DNA of 64,000 nt from an uncultured archaeon. Lineage in GTDB: Archaea; Micrarchaeota; Micrarchaeia; Anstonellales; Bilamarchaeaceae. The notes below the pieces were generated by a model. That model searched no databases. It had not been told where the DNA came from and saw nothing but the letters and a program-made list of their open reading frames with translations. A program made the translations under genes and the position numbers. The stretch is taken from assembly GCA_963734525.1 (NCBI GenBank), contig CAVTHI010000009.1, positions 67,429 to 131,428 of the forward strand, read 5' to 3'. Below are positions 26,301 through 35,100 of this stretch, piece after piece. Each line of letters starts with the position of its first letter. Position 1 is the stretch's first letter.

Positions 26301-28741
26301 GGATTCCGCAGGGTGCGGTTGTAAACGAGATGGCCCGGGCCAGGGGAGAGGCGATTCAATCGCTTTCAGCGATATCCACCGAAGGGAACGCGGTTTCCGA
26401 CGCCATCAGGACGGGAATCCTAAGGAGGGTGCGCAACAACCAGGTCCCTGGCGGGGACCCGGCGAGAAGTTTCGATGCGACGGTGCTTGACACGCTCAGG
26501 AGCCCGGAGGTCGCTGCTGCAGTGGAACGCGCACATGGAAGGCAGGCGAGGCTCCGCTACGAGGCGGCCGTCCGCGAGGGGACGCTCGCCGAAGTGATGG
26601 ACAGGCTGCCTGCGTCCATGAGAGCGCCGGCGGCCGAAGGCGCATTGGAACTGCCTGCAACCGCAAGGGCCAGGATGGCCCAAGACATGTCGGACGTGAC
26701 AGGATTCGTCTCGAGGCTGAGGGCGACGCCGCAGATTTCAGACGGCCTCACCACGATGGGCACGCTCGGCGAACGCTTCAACACTATAATGGGCGCGACG
26801 AGGGCGCAGGGCGGCGCGAGGGCTGCGGCCGGCAGGCCGCTCGGCGTCGGGCAATGGACGGGAAGGCAGGCGCGCAGGGCAGGACGCGTGCTTTATTATG
26901 CCGAGCCGACCTGGGGCGTCCGCAGCGGAATCGGCGAATTCGCCGCCGAAGCGCGCGCGGGAGGATGGCGCGCGGGACTCCGCAATTCGCTTTTCACGGG
27001 AAGGACGCTGCTCCGCCTCGGCCATGCCGTAGGATGGGGCATCGGCATGTATTATGCGATACCCGCGCTCCGCGACTGGTATACGGGAGCCGGGGACATC
27101 AGGCGCGGCAACCAGATGGCGAACGAGATTTACGGGATGAACGTCAGCGAGGACAACGCGCGCTGGCTGACAGGCACCGCCGGGGAGAGGTTCGGCCGCT
27201 CGCTTGTCGTGGGCGATTCGCGCCTCAAGCCGCAGAACCCTGACGATTTGCGCGGCATACTGTTCAGCGAGCAATTGGGCAACATATGGATAGACCGGAC
27301 GAAGGTGAACGATGCGCTGACCGACGGAAGGACGATGGCCGGCGCATTGTCGGACATCAACGACAGATTGATGACCGCAAGCGGCGCGGCAGGAGAAGGA
27401 AGGACGACGGCCCGGACCGAACTCACAGCGAGGCTGGGGAGGCTAGGGATTACGACCGAAGACGTCCGCTCCGCGCTCATCAGGGAAAAGGAGCGCTCGT
27501 TGAACAGGCAGCTGGATGCGACCGAGAGCGCGCAGGTCCAGGCTATGGAGCCTGCGGATATGATTGCCGAATTCCTGCGCCTGCGCGGGGGTAGGACGCA
27601 GCTCGACATGTCGGACATGACTGCGCTCCGCCTTGGCGACTGGCAGAGGCGCGGCGTCGCAATCGACGCGAGGCGCGCGGTTGTGCAGACATACCTCGAC
27701 GACATGGGCATGACCGGCACGGCATTGAGCGACACCGCCCAATTCTTCTCGAGGAGGGAGAACGCGGATGCGTTCCTCTTCCTGTGGAGCTCGGCGAGGG
27801 CCGGCAGCATACCCGCGACATACCTAGACAACATGATAGCGTACCTGATGGCGAGCGCGACGCCCGGCGGGCCGACGAACCTTGCCGAGATGCAGAGGCA
27901 GAGCGCGAGGACGCCGCAGGCGATGGCGACCGAACTGCGCTCATTCTACGAGAACATGCCGGGCGAATATGTCGCCCGCGTGGACGCCCTCGAACGCACC
28001 GCGACATCGGGCACGCCGGAAGAGCGAGCCCGCGCCACGCGCGAGCTTTCGAGCCTGCACCTCGGCGAGCTGCTGAGGCGGAGGGCGATAGCGCAGGGAT
28101 TCTATCTCGACATCCCGCAGGCGGACGGCACCATGAGGGGAATCCGGCCGAGCAGCTTCCTGCAGGCGCTTGATGAGCGCGCGTGGATTGTCGAGAGCTT
28201 CAGGGCGCCGTTCGAGACGATGCTCGCTGGATTCAGGAGCAACCCGGGCGCGCTCCGCGCATTGAATGCGCTGACGGTCCGGGACAACGAGGACATTTAC
28301 GGCGACCCGGTCGCTCTTGCGACGAGGCTTGCCCTCGTGGGAGGAAGGACGCGCGGCGCGGACAACACCGAGCGGCCTTTCACGGACGAGGTGAACAGGC
28401 TGCTCGTGGATGCGGGAAGCGCGGACGCCGCGGTCAGGCAGAGGGCCGAGGGCCAGCTGTCGACGCTGCTTTCGCAGTGCGGGCTCGCGCTCAGCGCGCG
28501 TCCGCTCCAGGCTTTCGATTGCCGGAAGGCAGCAGGTGACCGTCGAGGACCTCGTGGAGATGATTGGCGACAATGCAAGGGCCGAGGGCGTGATAGGGCC
28601 TTCAATCCTCGTAAGCGCGACCGACCGCTCCATGCTCGGGGCGGCAGACGGCCCGGCGCTTGCCAGGCTGGTCGCAAGATACAGCGACGCCCAGGGCGGG
28701 CTGATGCGCTGGATAACCGAGAACAGGGACAGCATCACTGA
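20336..28741 (+). CDS. giant protein G2, main frame (credible to about 28513; full protein about 3000 aa with the next feature)
   Basis: GAGGTG lies 7 nt before ATG 20336. N-terminal ~1220 aa are Ala/Arg/Glu-rich and helical with a recurring G-[DN]-[FYI]-x-x-A-x-x-L-L signature. Hydrophobic cluster at 23999-24520, Gly/Pro/Arg spacers (24890-24960, 25420-25620), second hydrophobic segment at 26962-27085. The last ~75 codons (RKAAGDRRGPRGDDW...) look out-of-frame. Confidence 0.85.
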   Translation: MGGSQLRTPEESQETRRIIIPRRAGEAETEETRRLYDQAVATVRQLQQVSRTITLPADVRAEIESRQRIVESMRRTGVPYLQDRYNNELDEILSVLALAKRASDAGRSVDALPLLERGTAMMQYLGRLYAGEVGFMINGVPPNLRAGTQTHNDLLDSVEVVILDVGTANAARSDRVLRAFNLYVQNETAYNTDDVAIRGERDALVEFILDNGVRAGADKAARERNPYTAEQAARDETRLQRFEANIARISAMLRQDNVQRVTAWKDDITGRMTQLSAEDASRGLMESLRQDMDALLARLGNERTAREVRDEDMLTLENRYLMLTGRPPVPTREARDEQLQLSAAELRGSGTRSDRSAAREGTQEWFGAQALALITGGNREIAALAVAMGFLERTASGSTGGARAILGDDRYNAIVAVISQRGDLSPVRASQFATEIEVATLSADAARLERGYRIRGRGTARERLTRINEAARAARERIDAGDIAGARRLLDMTSRYAMYLDGARGRDWAASGEMESALDMEIRGQNGQQAFEDAITRNQFAAQITDFRSSLSQWGRGIADQKRVVDSGLTHVEELIAQGNFREAQGALLRLIMYADSVDKLGIRRGGKIESMNPRFDGTGMERALGAFARGQTQIDGRGVETVFNESYVAAQRAAVDAEAARLGDLATRNRWTIGRETVDLALQGARARAQQGDYEGAFRLLRYVQEFYGAPTAARAASGGLPAQAARSEGWRYRLAARDGAGFVEGRNRLIDAMRMEAEATTPERQRAAAQLFQLGTQRIAECDMLMASAAQLRQRYDGTIAFIDGNAQTVGRVVIGYDAQNNPLYLDLARIREYESTHSRDPALGTGMGLTALFRQLQTAANNGDISGYNRIVEAIFGRYDSRTGTTVGGRFWLVAQRAARMQAIDSVVTQLGGLSGFTGSLPPYDGSVERRRTLETSRTALITRLEAARYTNEDITARVGETPSIMDTYAQLLSNVDRERRTSLAISVITEQASLSDQFRVAVGYPGGEITTTTRRQLDESRRWLAEAKTAALEGRFEDSATAYDRAIEARIDAMQTYWARSVTTLTDAMSVHRASHLDRPDERFFPVLRMQHDELEVAPYREAHRTVYRDLLFGNVSGETARAHGERMQRRIQGTVMIESSVFGIPAGSTAQQILSDFKRDQASVRQSVYAGWRAEDQAMRTADPGERQYQMARATREYDEARSTIQAMQLQAERARMVAQVAVLGLAIATLFIPVVGIYISGAIFIGSQVEGMVTEYRMNGTVSTESWVMFGVTVATLGFAAVGGVIRTVAIGARVSAESLALAGNLARAEQMMASASRYAMASRAFTGTALGLGIGMSGYMEFSAYRMYQESQRTNDPVRKEALLHQAMLTAGMGLFPLLHMGVAYGYRGMTAPPRMRAAAALEEITPARELVPGEAAEAPLASRLRTADGLFEFMGKLRSTEASVRAAAEAELATIPNAAMRTGVARLASDARIGNATYLNLLRSLQSGELTPYGRAELEGALGRLTPELPPEGGPGGGPRGGGPRTTRPEVDAAGLSESGGLFGFLQDLLVPNGAPAPALNARAAARATLARLRLDPRTTPVADAIDNIVGNPERGIAGNPAIRAAIEGERAANPSAQPPAFADIDPFTSRGLSNAARGIARNVREPVREAAVLEATTGLPIEDAVGQPVPLRPGQAEGVGTAVPVRAMAGEGPTGGGRGTGGGEPVPGRAGPAEIGGPARGGRGTGGGARPPRGAAPRGPAEGEAPAQAGGQQINITVQPPAPQPGRVVRAGRWIGGRVAGGYRAAGRWARGEAALENVPVLEAETDAMIAQRIDATVAQSPQNVVAMMRMIYDRAMSPQTRVATRAQCMEILEGLYRHPEVQRLIAAAADSRPATAANPRAVAYDPKIAEMQGNIVRGIDTNVQVQGVTGRTPDIRRQAYLDSLPELTQVQRGIMVDALEAQGAAQGLPPLAATAEVLGLELNAAQRANALLRLVETGRIPQGAVVNEMARARGEAIQSLSAISTEGNAVSDAIRTGILRRVRNNQVPGGDPARSFDATVLDTLRSPEVAAAVERAHGRQARLRYEAAVREGTLAEVMDRLPASMRAPAAEGALELPATARARMAQDMSDVTGFVSRLRATPQISDGLTTMGTLGERFNTIMGATRAQGGARAAAGRPLGVGQWTGRQARRAGRVLYYAEPTWGVRSGIGEFAAEARAGGWRAGLRNSLFTGRTLLRLGHAVGWGIGMYYAIPALRDWYTGAGDIRRGNQMANEIYGMNVSEDNARWLTGTAGERFGRSLVVGDSRLKPQNPDDLRGILFSEQLGNIWIDRTKVNDALTDGRTMAGALSDINDRLMTASGAAGEGRTTARTELTARLGRLGITTEDVRSALIREKERSLNRQLDATESAQVQAMEPADMIAEFLRLRGGRTQLDMSDMTALRLGDWQRRGVAIDARRAVVQTYLDDMGMTGTALSDTAQFFSRRENADAFLFLWSSARAGSIPATYLDNMIAYLMASATPGGPTNLAEMQRQSARTPQAMATELRSFYENMPGEYVARVDALERTATSGTPEERARATRELSSLHLGELLRRRAIAQGFYLDIPQADGTMRGIRPSSFLQALDERAWIVESFRAPFETMLAGFRSNPGALRALNALTVRDNEDIYGDPVALATRLALVGGRTRGADNTERPFTDEVNRLLVDAGSADAAVRQRAEGQLSTLLSQCGLALSARPLQAFDCRKAAGDRRGPRGDDWRQCKGRGRDRAFNPRKRDRPLHARGGRRPGACQAGRKIQRRPGRADALDNREQGQHH

Positions 28742-29345
28742 CCTGCATGCGATACTCGCGTACATACAGCAGAACTCCACGGGCGGATTCAGGAACACCC
28801 AGGATGCGGCGTCGTTCGCCGACCGCAACGCCTCCTTGTTCAGAACGAGCGGGTGGTTCAATGCGAGGGCCAGGACACGGGCCGAGCTCGAGGCGGCCGC
28901 AAGAAGGGCGGTGCCGCAGGCTCCGGGCCGCGCCACCGCCGGAGCGCAGACGCCTGCGACGACGAGGGAATTCCCCGGCGTGACCGCGCTGGAGATGGTC
29001 CCCGAGCGCGCGCAGCCGTCACAGCAGGCGCCGGTCACGGTGACGCTCGAGCTGACGGCGCAGCAGCGCCAGCAGGCTGGCGCGTTCTATTCGAGCGAGC
29101 GCGGGCAGGCTCTCGGCACGATGATTGACGGCCTGTTTGGACGGCATGTATTCGCCGGGGAGCTCAGACAGGGCGATTCTCGCCAAGCTTTCGGAGAACC
29201 GGCGACAGTCGATGGGAATGTCACCGCGCCCGAGCGGGCAAGGACTGCTGTTCGCGAGGAGATATTCAGGATCCTCATGAGCACCAAGCGGGCCGATGTC
29301 ACAATGAGGAGCAGGTGGGGTATTACGGTGACGGGCACGGGGTGA
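28410..29345 (+). CDS. G2 C-terminal continuation in a shifted frame (credible from about 28513)
   Basis: From LSIAGRQQVTVEDLVEMIGDNARAEG... onward the composition matches G2. The upstream part of this ORF (MREARTPRSGRGPRAS...) is junk. Changing the T3 run at 28513-28515 to T2 would fuse the frames. Confidence 0.75.
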   Translation: MREARTPRSGRGPRASCRRCFRSAGSRSARVRSRLSIAGRQQVTVEDLVEMIGDNARAEGVIGPSILVSATDRSMLGAADGPALARLVARYSDAQGGLMRWITENRDSITDLHAILAYIQQNSTGGFRNTQDAASFADRNASLFRTSGWFNARARTRAELEAAARRAVPQAPGRATAGAQTPATTREFPGVTALEMVPERAQPSQQAPVTVTLELTAQQRQQAGAFYSSERGQALGTMIDGLFGRHVFAGELRQGDSRQAFGEPATVDGNVTAPERARTAVREEIFRILMSTKRADVTMRSRWGITVTGTG

Positions 29346-29349
29346 CGCG

Positions 29350-29496
29350 ATGCGCGTGACGGTCGATATGGCAAGGGCCCGCGATCCGTGGCGCAACCGC
29401 ATAAGGCAGTTCACGCTGGAAAGGCAGCGCGCCGAGGCGGCGGCAAGGGGCGGAACAGGCCCGGGGGCCCAGGCCCAGCCGCCGAGGCGGCAGTAA
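29350..29496 (+). CDS. possible 48-aa ORF between G2 and G3 (below the track cutoff)
   Basis: My translation is MRVTVDMARARDPWRNRIRQFTLERQRAEAAARGGTGPGAQAQPPRRQ. It starts 5 nt after the G2 stop and ends 15 nt before the G3 ATG. No independent support. Confidence 0.25.
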   Translation: MRVTVDMARARDPWRNRIRQFTLERQRAEAAARGGTGPGAQAQPPRRQ

Positions 29497-29511
29497 GGAG
29501 AAGTGATTTGA

Positions 29512-32016
29512 ATGGCTGAGGTCCAACTTAGCGGAAACAGGTTAGTCGTCGTATGCAGGGGAACGAGTCGCTCGACTGGAGTGACAATCGACCCCAGCCA
29601 GCCCGACCAGATTGAAGCTGCGGTGAGGCGCGCCATCAGCGCCGCCGCGCCGTATTTCTACGGAATCGGGGAGGCGCAGGGGCGCGAGGTCGAGGCAATC
29701 AACGCGTCAACGGCAGCGTCAGCCATAAGGAGGAGCGTGGCCAGGTCCCAGCCGGCAGCACAGCCGACTGCACCTCCGGCTCCGACGCAAACAGCGCCTC
29801 CTGCAAGGACCGCACAGCCAGCGGCTCCGCCTCCGGCGAGGACAATGCAGCAGGCGGCACCCCAGGCGCCCGCACCGCCGAGGACCGAAGGAAGGGCCGA
29901 GGCGCCCGCCGCCCCCGCAAGGGATACTGCGGCAACGCGCGGAAGCGGCTCGGGAAGGAGGGGCAGCAGGACCGCGGAAGCGACGCCGCGCCCGACAATC
30001 ACGCTCGTATGGCTGGACCTGCAGCTGCGCGATTCGCGCCGCGACGACCGGCGCGCGCAGGCCGCGGCCAACCTCCTGCACTCGAACAGCAGGTTCGTGG
30101 AGACGTTCCTCGACCCCGGATTGCAGAGGGGAGTCGAGCGGACGGACGCGCAGAAGAGCGTGACCATCAGCATCTTCAACCAGCTTTACCAGATTCCGAG
30201 CTTCAGGCTATACCTCTCGTCGATGGCCGCCCAGCAGCAGGCGCTTCCCGAGCGCGACCGCGTGTTCTCGGAGTTCGTCACGCTCCAGGCGTTCCTCACC
30301 GAACCCGGACGCGGCGAGCAGCTGAGCGCCCAGGCAGAATCCCGCATCATATCCGCGGCAGATTTGTACATCAGGTATTTCCTGCTCAATTTCGTGGCGG
30401 CGAATTCCGACTATTCGAGATACCGCGAGGAAATCCTCCAGCTCCCGACGACGGCATGGAGGCTCCGGAACGTGGAGGGCGCAAGGACATTCCAGCCCAC
30501 GACCGGGCGCGCGCCGAGCGACCTCGACCGCGCCGCGCTGATGAGGCTGTATATATCAAGCCCGATGGACGCCGACACCGTGACATGCGCCTCGCTTTAC
30601 ATGCGCAGGTGGTTCATGGAACACCCCGAGAGGGGCAACGGGAGGAGCCAGTCGAGGATATCGCAGTGGAGGGCCCCGGAAATCATCCAGCCCGAGCAGA
30701 GGGCGGATGCGACTGCACAGCCGGTCGCCCAGCCTTCCGCGGTGCCGGCGCAGCCGGCGGCGACCACGGTCGTTCCGCGCGTGGGTATCATCGGCGACTC
30801 GATAACGGCGGGCGGAAGATACGGGAGGACGCTCCGGACCACGCTGCGCACGACGTCCCCGGAGGCTGTCGTCGATTCATACGGCGTCCAGAACGAATCC
30901 ATTTCGACAATCCGCGGCAGGTTCAGGCGCGACATCCTGGACCACAGCCCGGCCTACAACACGGTGGTCATACAGGGCGGCATCAACGGCATCGAGGGCC
31001 TCAGCGTGATTGACGCCGAAAGTTCGTTCACGAGGATGATAAGCGATGCGAGGGGGCGCGGCATGAAGGTCGTGCTGCTGACGATAACTCCGTGGGCGGG
31101 CTACAGCGGCTCGACGACGGAAGCCCAGCGCAGGACGGCTGAATTGAACACCTGGCTCCGCTCGCAGGCGCAGGCCGACGGCAGCGTGGTTGTGGTCGAC
31201 ACGTCCGCGCTCGGCGAAGGGAATCCGCCAAGGCTGCGCGCAGCGTACGACAGCGGCGACGGCCTGCACCCCAACGACGCGGGCAGGGATTTGATAGCCC
31301 AGCGGATTGCGCAGGCCGCGTTCGCAAGGGCTCCGACCGCGACCGAAACGAGGACCGCGCTCCAGGATTTCGCAGACAGGAACTGGAGGTCGCTTCCGGC
31401 GGAGATTTACCGCCACGCCCAGGGAGGGAACCCGGCTGGCTTCATAACGCTTACGAGGAACCTTCCGGCGGGCGAGACATCGTTCGAAGGCGCGCTCCGG
31501 ACGCTCAGCCGCGACGACATACCCCGCGCATACGACAGGATTTTCAACGAATACCTGCATACGGACCGCAGTTTCCTGGATTTCTGCAACACCTGGCGCG
31601 AAGGCGAGACGCGCCCGTACGAGGGCGTGGCACTGGCGTCCGTGACGATGAGCGCGAGCAGCTCGCCTACCGACCGCAGGCTGGTGGTGCGCGCAATCCA
31701 GGCATACCTTAATTACACTGCGGGCAGGACGGGCGAGGACTGGTACAGCAGGCTGCGCGACGATTTCCGCATGATGAACCGCGACGTCCTCGGTCTCACG
31801 CGCGACAACCTGGACGTGAACGGGCTCGAGGACGTGCGCACGCTCGCCGCAGTCGCGGTCTACAGCTGGAGGAAGGGACACCGCAGCGAGGCGGTCGGCG
31901 CCTGGGCGACGTCGCTCAACATCACGCCCAGGACAACGCCCCCGGCCCAGCCGGTGCAGCCGGTCGTGCCTCCGGGCCAGGACGGCCAGAGGAGAAGGGT
32001 CATCCACCCCGGCTGA
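29512..32016 (+). CDS. G3: 834-aa protein with an SGNH/GDSL hydrolase domain
   Basis: AAGGAG lies upstream. Pro/Ala-rich linker at 29745-29995. SGNH blocks: VGIIGDSITAGG (I), VVIQGGINGI (III), GDGLHPNDAG (V) at 30775-31330. The flanking regions are unrecognised. Confidence 0.85.
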   Translation: MAEVQLSGNRLVVVCRGTSRSTGVTIDPSQPDQIEAAVRRAISAAAPYFYGIGEAQGREVEAINASTAASAIRRSVARSQPAAQPTAPPAPTQTAPPARTAQPAAPPPARTMQQAAPQAPAPPRTEGRAEAPAAPARDTAATRGSGSGRRGSRTAEATPRPTITLVWLDLQLRDSRRDDRRAQAAANLLHSNSRFVETFLDPGLQRGVERTDAQKSVTISIFNQLYQIPSFRLYLSSMAAQQQALPERDRVFSEFVTLQAFLTEPGRGEQLSAQAESRIISAADLYIRYFLLNFVAANSDYSRYREEILQLPTTAWRLRNVEGARTFQPTTGRAPSDLDRAALMRLYISSPMDADTVTCASLYMRRWFMEHPERGNGRSQSRISQWRAPEIIQPEQRADATAQPVAQPSAVPAQPAATTVVPRVGIIGDSITAGGRYGRTLRTTLRTTSPEAVVDSYGVQNESISTIRGRFRRDILDHSPAYNTVVIQGGINGIEGLSVIDAESSFTRMISDARGRGMKVVLLTITPWAGYSGSTTEAQRRTAELNTWLRSQAQADGSVVVVDTSALGEGNPPRLRAAYDSGDGLHPNDAGRDLIAQRIAQAAFARAPTATETRTALQDFADRNWRSLPAEIYRHAQGGNPAGFITLTRNLPAGETSFEGALRTLSRDDIPRAYDRIFNEYLHTDRSFLDFCNTWREGETRPYEGVALASVTMSASSSPTDRRLVVRAIQAYLNYTAGRTGEDWYSRLRDDFRMMNRDVLGLTRDNLDVNGLEDVRTLAAVAVYSWRKGHRSEAVGAWATSLNITPRTTPPAQPVQPVVPPGQDGQRRRVIHPG

Positions 32017-32040
32017 AGGGGACGGATGCCTTTCTTTGCC

Positions 32041-32092
32041 TGATTTTTTACTTTTAATTTTCCACTTTTCATTTCCTGATTTACGCTATTTT
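32041..32092 (+). terminator. oligo-T terminator after G3
   Basis: tgattttttacttttaattttccacttttcatttcctgattt lies 25 nt after the stop. Confidence 0.45.
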
Positions 32093-32179
32093 CAGCACTA
32101 GGACACCGGTTATTATTCCCTGCGCGCCAAAAGGCGATAGGGAATATACCAGCCCAACGAAGGCGGGGGACGGGCATCC

Positions 32180-35100
32180 ATGTCAGGGCCAAGGTTGAAA
32201 TGGAATACGGAATTGTCCGAGAGGGCGGCCGAGTATGCGAGAAGGCAGGCACAGGCGGCCATGTCGAATATCCCGTTCAAGCTCAAGGCCGCGCTGATTG
32301 GGGGCATGATGAGCATCGGCGAAGCGGCCGGTGCAAGCAATATAAACAGCGGCGGGGGAGATGGTATAATGGCCTTCCAGAAGATGCCCGGGAGGAGCGG
32401 CGGGTTGAAAGAGGCGGGGGAAACGCATGCCGTTGCGCCACATGAGTCCATCCGCATTGCCGTGCAGCAGGCGCAGGTCGCCACGGAGAAGCTGAGGGAG
32501 TTCATGCTCGGCGGGAACCAGGCCCGCGCAGAGGAATTCCTCAGGATTTACGACGACTGGACGCAAAGGGAGGAAAGCGAGTCCGGCGAATTCAACGACG
32601 CGTTCATGGTGGCGCTGCGGGAAAGGGTGATGAACGACCCCGAGCTGGGGCCGATATTCAACGCTTACTGGGGCGCGAGGACGACCGAAGACGGCGGGCT
32701 CGACCTCACGCAGCTTTGTGTCAGCGTGAGCGAGGTCTTCAGGGCGGCCGCATCCGGAAGCGCGGAAGCCATCGAGGAGCTACGCAGGCAATACGGCGAA
32801 TTCGCGGGGGCATTCGTCGACGGCATAGTGGCGGTCTATCAATCATCGCAGGGCGCGGAGGAAGGCATCGCGCAAGCCGTCCCCGTCCCGGTGAGGACCG
32901 AGGACCAGACCGAAACGGACGCGGGCCGCGCAGCAGATTTCATCAGGAATTTCGCGCGCTCTAGCGACGAGGAGGACAGCCGCGGCCACGACCAGGCATA
33001 TTACCTCGGCCAGCTTATGGGGATACTCGCGAGGTACCGCGACGGCGACGGATTCGATTCGTCGTTCCTTGGCGCGCTCCTGCGGAGGCTGGGGGAGCGC
33101 GAGAGGGCCGTGCTCGAAGGGTTCGAGAGAAGGGTGGGAATAGGCGAGGGCGAATCGCTGACATTCTCAAATTTCGAGCGGTTCCTTGAGGATGTGGGGA
33201 TTGTCTCGCGCGAGCTGCGCGCCGGCGAGCAGCAGTCCGTCAACCTTGCCAACCTGCGCACGCGTTACGGGGATGCGTTCGTGACTGCTATGCAGAGGCT
33301 GTTGCCCGCCCAGGAGCCGATGCACCTTGCCACTCTTTCGATATTACGGGAGAAAATAGACGCCATTCGAGCGTTTGCAAGGGAGAGGCATATCGGCCTT
33401 TCGACGATGCAAATCAGCGGCAGGACGCTTGATGAATGGGAGGGGGAGCTCGAGGAACTGGAGGCGCAGGGCGAAGACGCGGACCAGGAAGCGATAAACA
33501 CCATGAACGGCAGCCTGCCCTCCGAGAATGCGCTCTTGCGGGAGGAGCGCGAGGCGCGGAGGATATCCTCCAGGCTCGACATACTCATCAACGGGACGCG
33601 CCCGTTCTACTATAATATAGGGGAAAGCTGGCTTTCGATGGCACGGAGCCTCCTCATGCAGGCCGACAACCGCGGGGCCGGGGCGGCATCCGGCGGATTC
33701 TTCACGATACTGTTCACGCGGGATTTAGGGGAGAGGGACATGCGCCTCGAGGACGTGGTGAGCACGGGCGTGGACGAGGAAAGCGGGGAGGAGACGAGCG
33801 AGGTCAGCACGGGCGTCCGCTCCACCATCGAGAGGATTTCCGACGCGATTCCACTACTGCGGAGCATCAGGCTCATGGTGAACGGCGGCTTCCGCGAATC
33901 CGACATGGACAGCACGCGGAGGATGATAAGCGAATTGCCGGATGATTTGTTCCCGCAGGAAGTGCGTGACGCGATGGAACACGGCTTCGAGCAGACGGCG
34001 CGGTCTGCGGCGGAAACAGGATACGACGAGGGCACGATAAGGAGCGCAATCACGATGGTGAGGCGCGCGTGCAGCGGACTTGGCCCGGAAATCCAGGACA
34101 GGCTCCTCATGGGGACCGTGTCGAGCTGGCATAACGACACGGGAGAGAGCGAGGAGGGCGCATCGAGGCTGCAGGCATTGGACGATGCGTATTCGCATAT
34201 CGCATCCGGCGCGGTGTTCGGCGAGTTCCAGGAATTCACCGGCCTGCTGGAGGAAAGGTTCCGGATGGAGGCCGAGTCAGCGCAGACCGGGCTCCCGGAT
34301 GAAACCGCATTCGACGGCATCCTCATCCGCGACGCGCGGACCAGGCTGACGAACGCCTCCGAGATTTTCCGCAACAGCCCCCTCGAGATGAGGTTCGCCA
34401 TTTTCCAGCTGTTCCAGGGCCAGCGCCCGTCCGGGGAGCTTTCAAGCGAGGACATCGGGCGCATCGCCGCGGTCATAAACGGGCTGGAAGGGATGCCTTC
34501 GGCATATGCCGCGCTGCTCATCCAGCGCGCCGGCCCGACGCTCTTTGCGGACTATGATGCGCAGAGCATAGAGGTCATCCTCACGGCAATCAGCTCATAC
34601 AGCCAGCCGCTCATCAACGCGGGCATGTACCGCGAGCTCGAGGAGTATTACGAAGGCATCGGCGACCGGATAGCGGACCTGTTCGTCGACGTGGTCGCGC
34701 TCAGGAACGTCGCGCGCGAACAGGGCGGCATGCTCCGCGACGTGCGCGTGAGGCTGCCTGGGGACAGGCCGGATTTCGCGGACCTGTACCTGCCTGCGAG
34801 CAGGATTTCTATCAGCCTTCCCAAAAGGATTTACGAGCGCTGGGTGTCGGAGGGCGCGGTCGTCCGCGTCACCCAGTCTCCGGACATCAGGGAGTCGCCC
34901 GCCCCTTCGCCGGGCATGGGCGCAATCGAGCGGGCGTTCTTCGGCCGCGATGCCATCCATATGGAGATGAACGTCCCGATGCCGCTCCTTTCGCTCCCGC
35001 TCGTCATCGAGAACCTCGGCGCCCTGCGCCCGCGCTATGCGATTCCTGTCGAGGAGATGAACGAGCTCTGGGCCGACGCCTCGGGGGCGGTGCATTCCGT

